Positions 20,801-29,045 of a stretch of DNA of 48,576 nucleotides are shown here, piece after piece. The stretch comes from a virus. Lineage: Duplodnaviria; Caudoviricetes. Every line of letters starts with the position of its first letter. The first letter of the stretch is position 1. Below the pieces are notes generated by a model that was not told where the DNA came from, made no database searches, and saw only the letters and a list, made by a program, of their open reading frames with translations. The stretch spans positions 1-48,576 of the IMG/VR virus record IMGVR_UViG_3300030372_001698; one strand, given 5' to 3'. Both the position numbers and the translations under genes were made by a program.

Positions 20801-21991
20801 TATATCTTTAGTTGCTTTTGCTTCCCAAGTAGGTCTAGCATTAACACTAAAAAATACACCCATTAACGTTTCGTATATCTGTTCTTCTACAGGTAAATCA
20901 TTTATTTTTGCTGTTATACCACCATACCCAGCACCAGCAGTACCTCTTACTATGGTATTAACAAATTGTTCTGCTTCTTGAGTATTTTTAGTAGATAACG
21001 TTTTAGCTGTATTTCTTATAATTTTTTCTCCAGCTTTTACCATAGCAGGATTAGTAGATGTCATTAGTTTAGATATGTTTGCATATTGTCCAATACTACC
21101 AAAGATTGCACCTGCTAATGATCCGTGCATACCAGCAAATGCCATAGCTTTTACACCTTCAGCAGATAAACCACCTTCGTTTCTTGCTGCTAATGGATGA
21201 TTAGAAAATGCCATTAACAAACCTACGTGTCCAGCTTCATGGAGTATTCTACCTACAGCCTCATTACTAAATTGCCCACGCAATATTCCTTTTGTAATAA
21301 AATCTAAAGCACCAGCTTTATTGTCTCCCATAAAACTCAATGCGTTAGTTTGTACTATATCTGCTATTTTACCTGGAATAGATTTTAGTTCATATATGTT
21401 TCTATTTGTTCTAGGATCTATAGATACTGGTTGCATACTTCTTAAATTAAAATCTACCTTACCATCTTTTGTAGTAAATCTTAATTTATCAGCTACTTTA
21501 CCTAAAAACTTCTGTGCTCTTACATTGCTTTTTGAATATACTTCAGATTTTTCTTCTAATTTTTTACCAAATCTAACAAGACTTTTATTTTTTTCTGCAG
21601 CTCCACGTCTTATCAATGCATTACCTACAGTTCTTGCAGCACCAGTAATCATACGGCCACCTCCCAACACAACACCAGGAGCCAATCCTATTAAATGACC
21701 TACATTATTTACTATCTTTTCCATCGGAGTATCTGGTTTATCTGCAAATCCAAAAGTTGTAAAACCTTCTAATAATCCAGAAATAGCCTGTTTAATTACT
21801 CCGTCAGTATTAGCTGTAGATATAGGAATATTAGCTTCATTTAGTTTAGTTTCTACAAAATTTAAACTAGTTTCGTCTAATATTTCTCCTTGCAAATCAT
21901 AGTAGTTTTTAAGCTGTTTTAGATACAAACTTTCCGTAATTTGCCCTTTTTCTAAACTGTTGTTTAGACTTCTAATGTAGGTATTTAACAT
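11867..21991 (-). CDS. giant internal virion protein, putative two-barrel (crAss-like) virion RNA polymerase
   Basis: ETDGTIILS (D928), MAKG (K955), NRSP (R1310), GGADKDIDS (D1352-D1356) in the order expected for double-psi-barrel RNAPs; last gene of the ejection-protein block. Confidence 0.75.
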   Translation of the reverse strand: MLNTYIRSLNNSLEKGQITESLYLKQLKNYYDLQGEILDETSLNFVETKLNEANIPISTANTDGVIKQAISGLLEGFTTFGFADKPDTPMEKIVNNVGHLIGLAPGVVLGGGRMITGAARTVGNALIRRGAAEKNKSLVRFGKKLEEKSEVYSKSNVRAQKFLGKVADKLRFTTKDGKVDFNLRSMQPVSIDPRTNRNIYELKSIPGKIADIVQTNALSFMGDNKAGALDFITKGILRGQFSNEAVGRILHEAGHVGLLMAFSNHPLAARNEGGLSAEGVKAMAFAGMHGSLAGAIFGSIGQYANISKLMTSTNPAMVKAGEKIIRNTAKTLSTKNTQEAEQFVNTIVRGTAGAGYGGITAKINDLPVEEQIYETLMGVFFSVNARPTWEAKATKDININANLFNRLNSKEEQLSLLRRQDWFVRESKDYQRYWENHFDAIRQQQLTSREHISDLVQQRILRAVQELEKTGKIRQEEINAVLKGKSSKEGALDLLSELVQFRDNLRDPNYNINIDVEPYKPNELVDMTWLTQANNWVTQQKAGNTVDFPAHSLTEVFKRVQAAYGEKISEQQFIGDTVSIYNKLKNDKKSHTIDPRTERRVVDVDKFVEQIKKKYKNTQWDNNALNETRRIALRFDFLREVQNDYMVDFTTGKPQQREVGKPQPTPKDDPQGNNISKLTSGIRDDFAGFRNMKLETISYMQVYDSGTGKPIWVSPLSKQVYVDKNSGDLKVTPYVKTKQWIKFEKEQLNERGKFIYGGVADTGRLDVRTYPWAPPPAKGKKASPYHWNAKVIKNLHDAIYKEILSTKEGKEWYANQEGYIKNLNKETTANTVATMIYRMRELGLINRQQELHVNNLPAIAKKIPRYFRAEKEVGGYGNEAKSQKYLKLMDTSDITFLEGKKLKLKDETMKGIILEDLNLGKINESETDGTIILSDKVFDKHVEYMGGDQGTGMAKGSLYAPPRNGESLVIGKYAYARADKADMAYMKKHGLNFIMYTTSAKHFYNRPVNKLNPKNYDATKSTAEQNIYPDKPETTDLQTKDFTWSIDIREKINVTGKLNMMQQMFLNANGVQFDKSTDVGRKFYDSWEKLLSENVDGVESVNKAAETALKKNKSWDNLNIDEISVNLINDVVSHRTKHPAFKSIIKHLYYENKHNMTLDPEKAIQEQLNERHVGQHIADADYALTSLMERGNSKFVETTLRNYIISRIVRPQVQYSYSSVLAPYDWKYSLKKQQYSSAEKGLADNEFMLWPGAKRMKVRHPISGNEISLGKWWQQMRDVLNNNKRKKFIREMTPEQKQKWLDSQYAIINRSPIMTAGNMRALKFVGFAGGKADKGFAIITNSRNDMMLGGADKDIDSAHLSWGMPRDIKEGYKQDHVQFEFSKDSTRKEDHKLKDDEFISETLGIDVSKPDKTPYGIIHLGNKLKAAEASTYGKDSLGIIDNGFTAIKQIADLDLQRRTDLTQAEKLEIWQTIARLNAGIGNRFVDASEVTSIDSAFKYVQKAQEYLYDTYNINTRKREVKFYNKFIKGLMKGDIADYGKEADKMLARQGNDRTISSLLAENIKDLTLKVDPLVGMKKNNIYGVMREVNNILEKDPYAKAFGIDNKAVYDNIIFNDSLLTKQEKKAILNNPHFLYNKMNPIRVLKALEKTYDFFDKTHKDLGDKSIHAVLREYTGMSRGQLDSFVKELIHTAQYQKFMYSGASDAKLRRFAFGSKNMPDRMSYPELVMMSKERLQKDLMNYYADKNLGTEIPDSAKARINKEVVRLFEYWHEANPALHLNFNAMPKEIGANLQKLQKRIIVTRNEIRNIMRYINGNKSKGKRKNTIDMDKWSFTDRQKYDRLKAKLGNLEYELLRFQPEGINNMARNAAISKEVKRDIYKYEFDMLEAVQEPTPTRMESKLYDMVNLPGAQKIKDVDGPGVVADNKIVALSNGRFASQLTDWEALGKAKNFKKEIQNQLGKLDKEIEKKYKMAPEALIKELDRFEDILTKMVLHGNTAHVLDLSSIYLKSFEKLNVISGVEIDPKTEAPLVDYNHLRVFSNILENRYMTSWKEWGARKAIHKEYIKEIKEMEKESGEKIMPPEFDTDLMFPSEISKMFEKVEKTYKIGTAKVTKGGLLKDVGVRIPTTTVESIGQSIGSANTRGNTLKEAIEADFKGKLKLIEPENISDYKKAKDILEGLAAYERQLGPDQRGPREFEADQSIQNLKKNVRIYTKKLEDFVKKNPDLKFRVKGIGEQKSKDYTPREYVDLLKDVYTRQMTESFALMHESNWVELEKIIGGENFVKGDFGGGIFNFNRFYNIKKGEDLVTDINSSEYKHRKLSELFLDKEGVINPDRVMFIETYNLNDRRLAEGKNTLRRHFHTEDITWIEFQLDIRDLALEKYGTVKKDGSIDLDYAKLRRVKSDKVKGTMLDEMRNFIRETNNNKLENSFIGFIGTEEVNGSRFSDRYHPLYHPKTKAYLEFVQNDHIPRETLRLYGELYNKKTKETYRTFEEIDIEAFKRGEVIGRYKASTGLSEGQLKVQSTDLYRSYERGFITKKDAADALYRNMVNKLINNPEQYNNDFYDGVTFDRLMNISTRTGGIDAPGVGKFSTVRRRAPIPVEGYDITSEAYTRYIKTSSIGVTSQQAALTARLHISNFKNKVLPGNKRIDADVGRQWLHKIVDITKGYMNMPSTRSMQLHGVTEKDMKLLERYAKSGYSMHFATKEGDIINKKLLNDFRMYTRPSESEIRSMQNELYANSGLKDLEYNFKESIKKINDPEFTYIDPKTKKKVKPTRKQINAAEKIRAESFKKAKKKIVYKIRKQLFGQYINTKGKIIKRDDISQIDYAENTIIKTNGDVVRFDRGKSTDGMIRERTLEYRNDFIFKKGVDGKTTINRDNIDITGIRKSFRGFYSEETVGNVFLRLEQKANKLLGHLTDGRIQIMKDLPNDPSARHQAMVNKLNWISDIEGKFEMMSLLAHPKSALANLYGGTTNLITDVGFQFYLDTFSEKKLLEVFRDKTISEVDPVTNQRITRPIRSKKDIHTYFESFGFLESNIINELAYLRPATDTDWQSFVNVAGPKIAEAFQKLPVYTKDANTNARNQTKRDQIIQEQLTVSEAAKKFGINKKLLDLGSLAMSSTERHLRIKTAIAHYLKARSLMTDSRGQVEVSEQFLLEYAQKGIEATQFIYHATNRPNFANTAFGRIMTRFHPYSWNSIRRRANLITDYMLTEGYGNFDANKRFERQLSADLMVSALGTVFLASMFEYALSPPMSWAVDASHLMFGSQEEKERAFYNQYGHPLLSPLSIVTPPAARFILGPTTSLINNDFEAFWKYTAATAFPFGRLGRDVLRTADTPEMWAEWIFGIPVHRFARLGKRPDLDKIDEDEESGSI

Positions 21992-21994
21992 TAA

Positions 21995-22759
21995 TTATTT
22001 TCCTAACATATCTAACATGTTAGTAAAGCCGTCCATTTCAGTATTGTAGTATGTAGTTTGATCGCTAAATCCTTGAAACGCAGAATTTTCTGATAGTTTT
22101 TCTGCTGTACCTAGACCTTCCATAATTAAATCTTTATACTGTTGAACTAAAGCAGATTCAGGATTTGCTTTATATTCTTTTAACATAGCTGGTAATTGAG
22201 CTTTTAACATATTAGATTGTAATTGAAACTCACTTTGAGATTGTTTAGTTCTTTTTTCATCACCTTCCATAAATCTAGAATATGTACCTCTACCAGGAAT
22301 TAATCCTGCTAACGATCCAAAAAATCCTTCACCACGATTTTCTTCTGGATTAGAAATAGTACTACCATAATCAAAGCTAATAGATGCTACACCAGCTTGT
22401 GCTGCATATTTAGCCGCTTCTAATTCTTGTTTAGTTGCATGATGCAGTTGTTCCATTGCTTGTTCACCTTTCATTTGACCAAGTTTCATAGAAGTTACAG
22501 CATTTAAAGCGGCTATTTCATAGTCAGCTAAATTTTCCATATTTAATAACTCTTTATCAAATCCAGCTTTTTGTCCCATAAGATAACCTTCTGTGTCTTT
22601 TTGCACCTCTCCTCTTTTATCTAACAAGCTTTTTTCAGCTTCTGTGTCAATTCTTGTTTTTTCTTCATAAGTAGGTTCTTTAACTTGTTGCATTAAATTC
22701 GCTAAACTGTTATTAGCTCTACTTAATGAATCTAAAAATGCTTCTGTATATGATGCCAT
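21995..22759 (-). CDS. putative internal virion/DNA-ejection protein
   Basis: helical, Ala/Gln-rich; position between nozzle and giant protein. Confidence 0.5.
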   Translation of the reverse strand: MASYTEAFLDSLSRANNSLANLMQQVKEPTYEEKTRIDTEAEKSLLDKRGEVQKDTEGYLMGQKAGFDKELLNMENLADYEIAALNAVTSMKLGQMKGEQAMEQLHHATKQELEAAKYAAQAGVASISFDYGSTISNPEENRGEGFFGSLAGLIPGRGTYSRFMEGDEKRTKQSQSEFQLQSNMLKAQLPAMLKEYKANPESALVQQYKDLIMEGLGTAEKLSENSAFQGFSDQTTYYNTEMDGFTNMLDMLGK

Positions 22760-23289
22760 TAGTATATTCCTCCTAAATTAGTATTTTGTCCTCTCATAAA
22801 AGATGCTCCCATACTAGGTATAGTATATCCTCTTTGTGCTGATTGTGCTTCTATATTTAACAATCCAACTTGTACATCTCTTAATTCTCTTGTCTGTGCT
22901 TCACGTAATTGTGTAAAGTCTCTTTGCATATTCACAAATTGATCTCTTTGTTGCAATAACATAGATTCGTCTAATAAAGATTTTTGTCTTTCTGCAGAAC
23001 CACTATAAGCTAAGTTGGTACTACCAATCATTGCTTCGGCTCCTTCTCTTTCTACTCCATATGCTTGCAAACCAGACATTTGTTGAACACCAAATTGTTC
23101 TCTCATAAATCCTGCTTCTTGCCTATAACGTTGTCTAATATCGGGGACTGCTTGCAATAAAGATTTTTGCGTTCTTAAAGCTATTTTTTTTTCTCTTGCT
23201 CTTCTATCTCTTTCTTCACGTCTTCTTCTTCGTGCTCCCAATCCTCCTAAGATTGCACCGCCAACTGCCATTGCTACTTGCCAACCCAT
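22759..23289 (-). CDS. putative internal virion/ejection protein
   Basis: N-terminal Gly/Ala hydrophobic segment MGWQVAMAVGGAILGGLG followed by coiled coil, typical of podoviral pilot proteins. Confidence 0.6.
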   Translation of the reverse strand: MGWQVAMAVGGAILGGLGARRRRREERDRRAREKKIALRTQKSLLQAVPDIRQRYRQEAGFMREQFGVQQMSGLQAYGVEREGAEAMIGSTNLAYSGSAERQKSLLDESMLLQQRDQFVNMQRDFTQLREAQTRELRDVQVGLLNIEAQSAQRGYTIPSMGASFMRGQNTNLGGIY

Positions 23290-23708
23290 TATGCTTTCTC
23301 CTTTTTAGAATGTTTATTTAAATTTGGAAAATCTATTTCAGGACTTACAGAACGCAACCAAAAGACTCCTTCAAATCTTGGGCCAACTTCTTTAGAAGCT
23401 GTACGTTTTGCGTCTGTTAACGGATCTAAGGTAGCTTTAGCAGAACGCAAACCAGCAGCGCCTTGTTCTCCTTCGTATATATCATCTTTAAAAGGAATAT
23501 CTTCACCTTCAAATCTTCTAACGTCGTTGAACTGTTCAGGTGTTAATTGCCTTAAAACTCCGCTTTCATCTTCGTACACACCTTGTTCAAACTGAAAATC
23601 CATATACTCATTATCACTCATTCCCATTTCTTCTTGTGATGGAAATTGTACATCTTCATTTTGCTTTCTTTTTTTGTTTGCTTTTTGTAACTGCTCAGCT
23701 GTTGCCAT
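23289..23708 (-). CDS. hypothetical protein (139 aa)
   Basis: AAGGAG RBS, operon packing. Confidence 0.75.
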   Translation of the reverse strand: MATAEQLQKANKKRKQNEDVQFPSQEEMGMSDNEYMDFQFEQGVYEDESGVLRQLTPEQFNDVRRFEGEDIPFKDDIYEGEQGAAGLRSAKATLDPLTDAKRTASKEVGPRFEGVFWLRSVSPEIDFPNLNKHSKKEKA

Positions 23709-24207
23709 TTTGAATCTCCTTTAATAATTCTATTGCTTTTATAAAATCTTTTACTCTTACTGGTGTTTGCTCTATCCAACTAGAAGGTTCTTTATCTGGT
23801 GGATTTTTATATAATACTTCTTGTATTGCATCGTCATATTCTCTATGACATAACAGTTTCCAAGTTTTAGGAAACTTTCTAGACCAACTTGCACCTAATT
23901 GATAATTAACAGATACTAATGCAATTATAATATCATCATTATCTGTACACAATATACTTGCTTGTTTTTTTGCAGCAGTTAATGCAGTATCTATATCATC
24001 TTTAAACCATTCATTAATAACATCCTTTGGTACTAAAGATTTAACAGGATATTTTTCTTGTTCTTCTTTAGTTAATAGATGTCCAATACCACAAGTAGGT
24101 TTACCTAGCGTATCTAGATAAACACTTTGTTTATAACCTTCACGCTCTTTCAAATGTTCTAATAGTTTGTCCATAAATGGATCTTTCTTTTTAAAAAATC
24201 CTAACAT
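23695..24207 (-). CDS. GH24 (T4-like) lysozyme
   Basis: E-G...YLDTLGKPTCGIGHL catalytic E/D/T region; W..QTP.R. Confidence 0.9.
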   Translation of the reverse strand: MLGFFKKKDPFMDKLLEHLKEREGYKQSVYLDTLGKPTCGIGHLLTKEEQEKYPVKSLVPKDVINEWFKDDIDTALTAAKKQASILCTDNDDIIIALVSVNYQLGASWSRKFPKTWKLLCHREYDDAIQEVLYKNPPDKEPSSWIEQTPVRVKDFIKAIELLKEIQNGNS

Positions 24208-24872
24208 TAACCAGCTCCTCCGCCGCCTTTGTTTTTACGTCTATTTCTCCAATTAAAAAATCCGCTAACAAGTCTTCCTCCAAATCCTGGGCCATATGCA
24301 AATGTTTCATCAGATTTAATTGTATTATCTCCTGCTGCACCTGCCTCAGAACCTAAATTCTGTACATCTGTATAATTACCTATATTAACATTTGTTCCAT
24401 TTTCTTTGTCATCAACTACTACTTTTTCTCCTGTTCCTGAATTTTCTATAACAGTAGTGCTGTTAGTTCCTTCCAAATACATAGACACTAAAGTGCTTTT
24501 ACTTAAAGAACTACCAGCTTCTTCCATTTTTGATGCATAACTTCTAGCATCTCCTAATTTTTTTAATGCTTCAGGTTTCCCAGTGCTTCTCCAACTTTGC
24601 CTTGCCTCTTTTCTGCTCATACCGCCTTCAACTTGTTTGTCTATATACCCTCTTCTAGTATCTTTTCTATATTTAAATCCTTGTGCTGCAGATTTTATAT
24701 TTGCACCTATATTGTATGCACTTAAACCCATTTGTGCACCTTCTGACAAAGTAGTAAAAGTATCTAAAGCTTTTATTGTTTTGCTATCATCAATTTTTTG
24801 TTGCATTTTTCTTTCTTCTTCTGACACAGATGCATCGTGTTGTGCCAAAGCTACATCCATTAAACTTGCCAT
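24207..24872 (-). CDS. hypothetical, probable internal virion protein
   Basis: TAATG coupling; position in tail/ejection block. Confidence 0.6.
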   Translation of the reverse strand: MASLMDVALAQHDASVSEEERKMQQKIDDSKTIKALDTFTTLSEGAQMGLSAYNIGANIKSAAQGFKYRKDTRRGYIDKQVEGGMSRKEARQSWRSTGKPEALKKLGDARSYASKMEEAGSSLSKSTLVSMYLEGTNSTTVIENSGTGEKVVVDDKENGTNVNIGNYTDVQNLGSEAGAAGDNTIKSDETFAYGPGFGGRLVSGFFNWRNRRKNKGGGGAG

Positions 24873-25150
24873 TATGCTTTCTCCAATTCAGTTTTAAACC
24901 ATTCTTGTTCTAATTTGTAATATATATACACAGTATCTCCCTCTCTTACTAATCTTCTATCTCCTGTAACTCCATCTCTATTTGCAGGTTTAGATGTAAT
25001 TTGTATTTGTGTATTTGCTTTTTGTTCTAAATCATTTGTTTTAGTTCTAGTGCTAACAAGAACACCTCCAGCACCAGTATTTGATGCATAAGATTCACTA
25101 TACAAATTTTCTGTATATTTCTTTTTATTGCCTTGTAATGCTTTTGCCAT
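24872..25150 (-). CDS. hypothetical structural protein (92 aa)
   Basis: coupled to nozzle gene. Confidence 0.65.
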   Translation of the reverse strand: MAKALQGNKKKYTENLYSESYASNTGAGGVLVSTRTKTNDLEQKANTQIQITSKPANRDGVTGDRRLVREGDTVYIYYKLEQEWFKTELEKA

Positions 25151-27585
25151 TATTTAATTGTTTTTACTCTGTGAACTATTTGCATATCATTTATTTCAAA
25201 ATCTTGTTGATCTGTAGCACCAGATAATTCTAATCCAAATGTTTTTACTTTTTTAAAAGCAGAAGTTATACCCCTAACTTTAAATTTAGCAACTCTATTC
25301 GTAGTGTCATTATTTCCTGCTAATGTTCCTAACGTAACACTACTAAATGCAGAACCATCATTGCTTGCTGCTACATCCGTAAATCCTTTTACAGTTATAT
25401 CTTCACCGTTTTTATAGTTAATATATACTGTAGTAATAGTTTTATCTCTACTAGGATCTCCAAAATCAAATGCTGCAGTTTTTAAAAGAACAGAAGCATT
25501 GTTTGTATCTCTTAAAGAAGGTTCTGGATTCCAATATTTTAACTCAATATCATTACTATCTTTTTCAAACCACACTAATTTTCCATCATTAACGTTAACA
25601 AAGTTAGATATATCTACAGTATTTAGTTTTAACGCACTATATGCCCATCCTAACGTCTTTAAATCAATTTCTAATACACCACCACTAGGATTATTATTTA
25701 AGCCCCCTATCGCTGGATTTGCTATAATTAATGTTTGTTTGTCTGGTATATAACCTATTACTCCATCATTGCTATAATATTGAGTGTTCCAATCTTTAAA
25801 TCTTTTTTGACCAGTAGGGCCTATTAATAAATCCCTTAATTGTTCTCCGTCATATAAAAATACACCATACTTATTAAACCAAGCTACAAATCCTTCCGCT
25901 TGTACAACATGGTAATCTTTTTCACATCCTTTATACTTTAATGTAGCCTCTAATAACTCTTGGTCTCTACTACAATTAATAATAAATAAACTATTTTTCT
26001 TAAATTCTAACAATTTGCTACCTACTGATGCTAATTTAACAATATCATCACCATCATTTATTTCTACATCTAATCGTTTATCTCTATCAAACGTATCAAA
26101 TTTATTTACTTCTGATTTTAATACTGTATCATTAGCAGTTTGTAATTTATTATTTACATCATAATATCTAATATTACCTACATAAGCTCTTCTATTTAAT
26201 ATAACAGAAGTTTTAAACCAAGTACCAGCTCTTCCAAGAGGATTATACCCTCTTTCTACGTAGGGTTCTAAAATAGATAATTCTTGTATGTTTGTTGATC
26301 CTCTTATAGATTGCATATTTGTAGCACTAAATGAAGCTCCTGTTGCATACATTTTTTCATTATCAGAACTAATTGCACCAGAATTATTATGTGTTGTTTG
26401 TCCCAACTTTACATATACGTCAGTACCTGGTTGTCTAATACCTTTTTCAAAGTCTATTTCCATAAATAAATATTTAATACCTACAATATCATCGTCGTCT
26501 AATGCCCAGTAAACTTTAAATCCTGTTTGTCTTTTCTTGTTTGGTACTCTTCCAATAACAGACCAATATAAAGTTCTTTTTCTATCTGCTGTTAAAGTAG
26601 GAGGTTGTTTAATATATCCTACGTGTGTAGCATTTGATTCTTGGTCATCGTAAATATTTGTAACCCATATACTATATTGTTTATTTAAAGAATTTGCAAA
26701 AACATTAATATCAGCATTAGCTTGATCTCCAGTGTTTTGATCAGCTGGATCAAACCACATATATAAACCTAAAGGACCGTATCCACTTGACCATCCTGTA
26801 TAAGAAGCGTTAAATGCTGAAGCTACTGTATCTAATTTATTAGTACCAGAAGGAGTTATTGAGTTTGCTGCTACGGTCCAAGAAGCAGCATTTCTATTAA
26901 ACAATAATTCTGTTTGACTATTAGGTGTTCCTAAAAAATCTGTATTACCTACTTCATAAGCTTGTAATTGATTTACTTGATATCCATAACCATCTGGAGC
27001 AGAATGAGTTCCACTTTTTAATGGAGTTGGATATGCATTATCTACATTAAAACCATTAACAGTCTTTATTAAATGAACATCAACATTGTCATTACCATAA
27101 TGGTATACACGATTAATATAACCATACCATTTATTTTGATTGTTTGTATTAGCTTGATTATTTGCAGATACACGAACCTGTCCATCTACAGCATAATAAT
27201 CTACAGTAGTTCCTGTTGTTCCGTAATCTATTTCAGAACCAGATTCATATGCACCATCTGTTTTATCAAATACTTTTACTTTATGATTTGTAACGTCGTT
27301 AATTAATAAAAGTTCCGTATTAGATAAAGCTCCATCATTTGGATCTCTATCACTATTAAAGTGAAACAATCCATTACCGTAATTTAGTGTAGTTGTAAAC
27401 TTTTCTTCATCAGCAGAGCTAGCATGAGGTAAGTCTGTAACAGAACCAGATATTTTTAATTTACCTGGCGTTTCCATACTTAACCCTTTTAACTCTTGAA
27501 ATTCTGAAGTATCTAAGTCTCTAGGATTTGTATTGTTATTTAATCCTCCACTAAAATTTCTTAAGTCTAATACTTCTTTGGGCAC
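25150..27585 (-). CDS. tail nozzle / tail tubular protein B-like
   Basis: N-terminal FSGGLN...PRDL; beta-rich 811 aa; C-terminal KT..FDFGDP...K; podoviral gene order. Confidence 0.7.
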   Translation of the reverse strand: MPKEVLDLRNFSGGLNNNTNPRDLDTSEFQELKGLSMETPGKLKISGSVTDLPHASSADEEKFTTTLNYGNGLFHFNSDRDPNDGALSNTELLLINDVTNHKVKVFDKTDGAYESGSEIDYGTTGTTVDYYAVDGQVRVSANNQANTNNQNKWYGYINRVYHYGNDNVDVHLIKTVNGFNVDNAYPTPLKSGTHSAPDGYGYQVNQLQAYEVGNTDFLGTPNSQTELLFNRNAASWTVAANSITPSGTNKLDTVASAFNASYTGWSSGYGPLGLYMWFDPADQNTGDQANADINVFANSLNKQYSIWVTNIYDDQESNATHVGYIKQPPTLTADRKRTLYWSVIGRVPNKKRQTGFKVYWALDDDDIVGIKYLFMEIDFEKGIRQPGTDVYVKLGQTTHNNSGAISSDNEKMYATGASFSATNMQSIRGSTNIQELSILEPYVERGYNPLGRAGTWFKTSVILNRRAYVGNIRYYDVNNKLQTANDTVLKSEVNKFDTFDRDKRLDVEINDGDDIVKLASVGSKLLEFKKNSLFIINCSRDQELLEATLKYKGCEKDYHVVQAEGFVAWFNKYGVFLYDGEQLRDLLIGPTGQKRFKDWNTQYYSNDGVIGYIPDKQTLIIANPAIGGLNNNPSGGVLEIDLKTLGWAYSALKLNTVDISNFVNVNDGKLVWFEKDSNDIELKYWNPEPSLRDTNNASVLLKTAAFDFGDPSRDKTITTVYINYKNGEDITVKGFTDVAASNDGSAFSSVTLGTLAGNNDTTNRVAKFKVRGITSAFKKVKTFGLELSGATDQQDFEINDMQIVHRVKTIK

Positions 27586-27703
27586 GATTCTTCATTCCTT
27601 TCATCTTTAAAGATGCACTTTTAGCTTTTGCATTATGCAGTCTTCTATCATTTGTAGAGTTCCAAGGATTGCCTTTTAAGCTGTTAGTTGTCTTCATTGC
27701 CAT
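27551..27703 (-). CDS. small basic protein (50 aa, MAMKTTNSLKGNPW...)
   Basis: GGGGAG RBS; bridges the gap between phosphoesterase and nozzle. Confidence 0.55.
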   Translation of the reverse strand: MAMKTTNSLKGNPWNSTNDRRLHNAKAKSASLKMKGMKNRAQRSIRLKKF

Positions 27704-28457
27704 CTATTATATCTCCCCACAAACTTGTTTTACCGTCTATAATTTCTACTACTTCTACTTTAAACTTACCATTAGTAAACCAATCAACTACTGCAAATGC
27801 ATGCACCCAGTTGTGCAATCTACCTTTTAACCATCTATTGTTTTCATGAGACATATCTTTCAAACAACCCAAAGACCACGCTCCTATTGTTCCACCTAAT
27901 TTTGTAAGTGTGTGTCTTTGAAGGTCGTGTGTATGTCCATAAATTACATTTTCTCCATAAGCTTCAAGATGTTTTTTTGCATGATACGTAGTTGCATAGG
28001 CACCATGAAAGAAAGTGAGCTTACCAATTTGTATAGGTAAATTATATTCACTGTACTTATATCCCCTTTCTTTTATTTTGCACGCTTCAACAAAACTGTA
28101 ATTATGCATATAGGGATACTTAGTAACAAAATTATCCAACCACAAATCGTGGTTACCTTGGAGTAAATACTTTTTTTTACATCCAACTTCTTCCAATACC
28201 TTATCCCAAACATCTAATCCTTCATTTACTAATCTTATGTCTTCATCTATTAAAGGAGTTTGGTATTCTAATGGTGGTAATTTTTTATCTTTATACCTCC
28301 ATGCAGATACTGACTCCCATTCTCCTACATCCCCTAGATTAACAAAGATGTCAGGTTTAATCTTTTTAATTGCTTTAACAACACAATTAACTGCAGCTTT
28401 ATCTTCTAACGGATAATGCTGATCTGGTATAATAATACCACGATTCTTGAGTTTCAT
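27684..28457 (-). CDS. calcineurin-like metallophosphoesterase
   Basis: PDQH, LGD, GNHD, HG, GHTH motifs. Confidence 0.9.
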   Translation of the reverse strand: MKLKNRGIIIPDQHYPLEDKAAVNCVVKAIKKIKPDIFVNLGDVGEWESVSAWRYKDKKLPPLEYQTPLIDEDIRLVNEGLDVWDKVLEEVGCKKKYLLQGNHDLWLDNFVTKYPYMHNYSFVEACKIKERGYKYSEYNLPIQIGKLTFFHGAYATTYHAKKHLEAYGENVIYGHTHDLQRHTLTKLGGTIGAWSLGCLKDMSHENNRWLKGRLHNWVHAFAVVDWFTNGKFKVEVVEIIDGKTSLWGDIIDGNEDN

Positions 28458-28466
28458 GTACTCTCC

Positions 28467-28838
28467 TTAAGCTGATCTTTTAACTTTTTCTAGACTACGC
28501 ATTCCCCCGAGACCGAGCATCCCAAGTAAAACTGTAGTTAATGTAGTCATATCAAACACTGGTAACTCTATTGCGTGTCCAAATGAATACAAGATAAAAG
28601 TTAAAAGAGGTTGTAATATATAGTGATACCCGAGTGCAGTGGCACAAATCCAGCCCGTAAAGGGCCTCCAGCCACTGACAAACCTCGATGTATGACCAGC
28701 TTCAACTTTGTTCACTTCTAATTGAGCTTTGTTGATTTCTGCAATCATCATAGCTTTCTCTTCTTTGTCCAAAGTAAATCTATCAACATTGTCTGCGACC
28801 TTGTCGATGATTTTACCAACTAAGTCTAACTTAGGCAT
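28467..28838 (-). CDS. holin (GTA-type 3TM family)
   Basis: SGWRPFTGW motif, TM segments, GMLGLGGMRS.EK; GAGGA RBS before ATG 28838. Confidence 0.8.
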   Translation of the reverse strand: MPKLDLVGKIIDKVADNVDRFTLDKEEKAMMIAEINKAQLEVNKVEAGHTSRFVSGWRPFTGWICATALGYHYILQPLLTFILYSFGHAIELPVFDMTTLTTVLLGMLGLGGMRSLEKVKRSA

Positions 28839-29037
28839 CTTTTGCACATTCCTCGTCACATGCTTTTAAACCTTTCATGTAACCTTGATGTTCAACTATT
28901 AGTTGTTTAAGTTCAGTAAGCCTGCCATTCATTTCTTGAATTGAATTGACAAGTTCATTATGCTGTTCAACCATGCCTTGCATGTCTTGTTCAGCTTTTT
29001 CCATTAAACTTAGTTCTATTGCTTTTTCTTTAGCCAT
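28831..29037 (-). CDS. coiled-coil protein (68 aa)
   Basis: AGGAG RBS, heptad pattern. Confidence 0.7.
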   Translation of the reverse strand: MAKEKAIELSLMEKAEQDMQGMVEQHNELVNSIQEMNGRLTELKQLIVEHQGYMKGLKACDEECAKDA

Positions 29038-29045
29038 TACTTCTC

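Noticed and set aside
11901-21698. Multiple 60-125 aa plus-strand ORFs inside the giant gene
   Set aside because: Antisense, Phe/Leu/Ile/Ser-rich shadows of Lys/Glu-rich coding sequence
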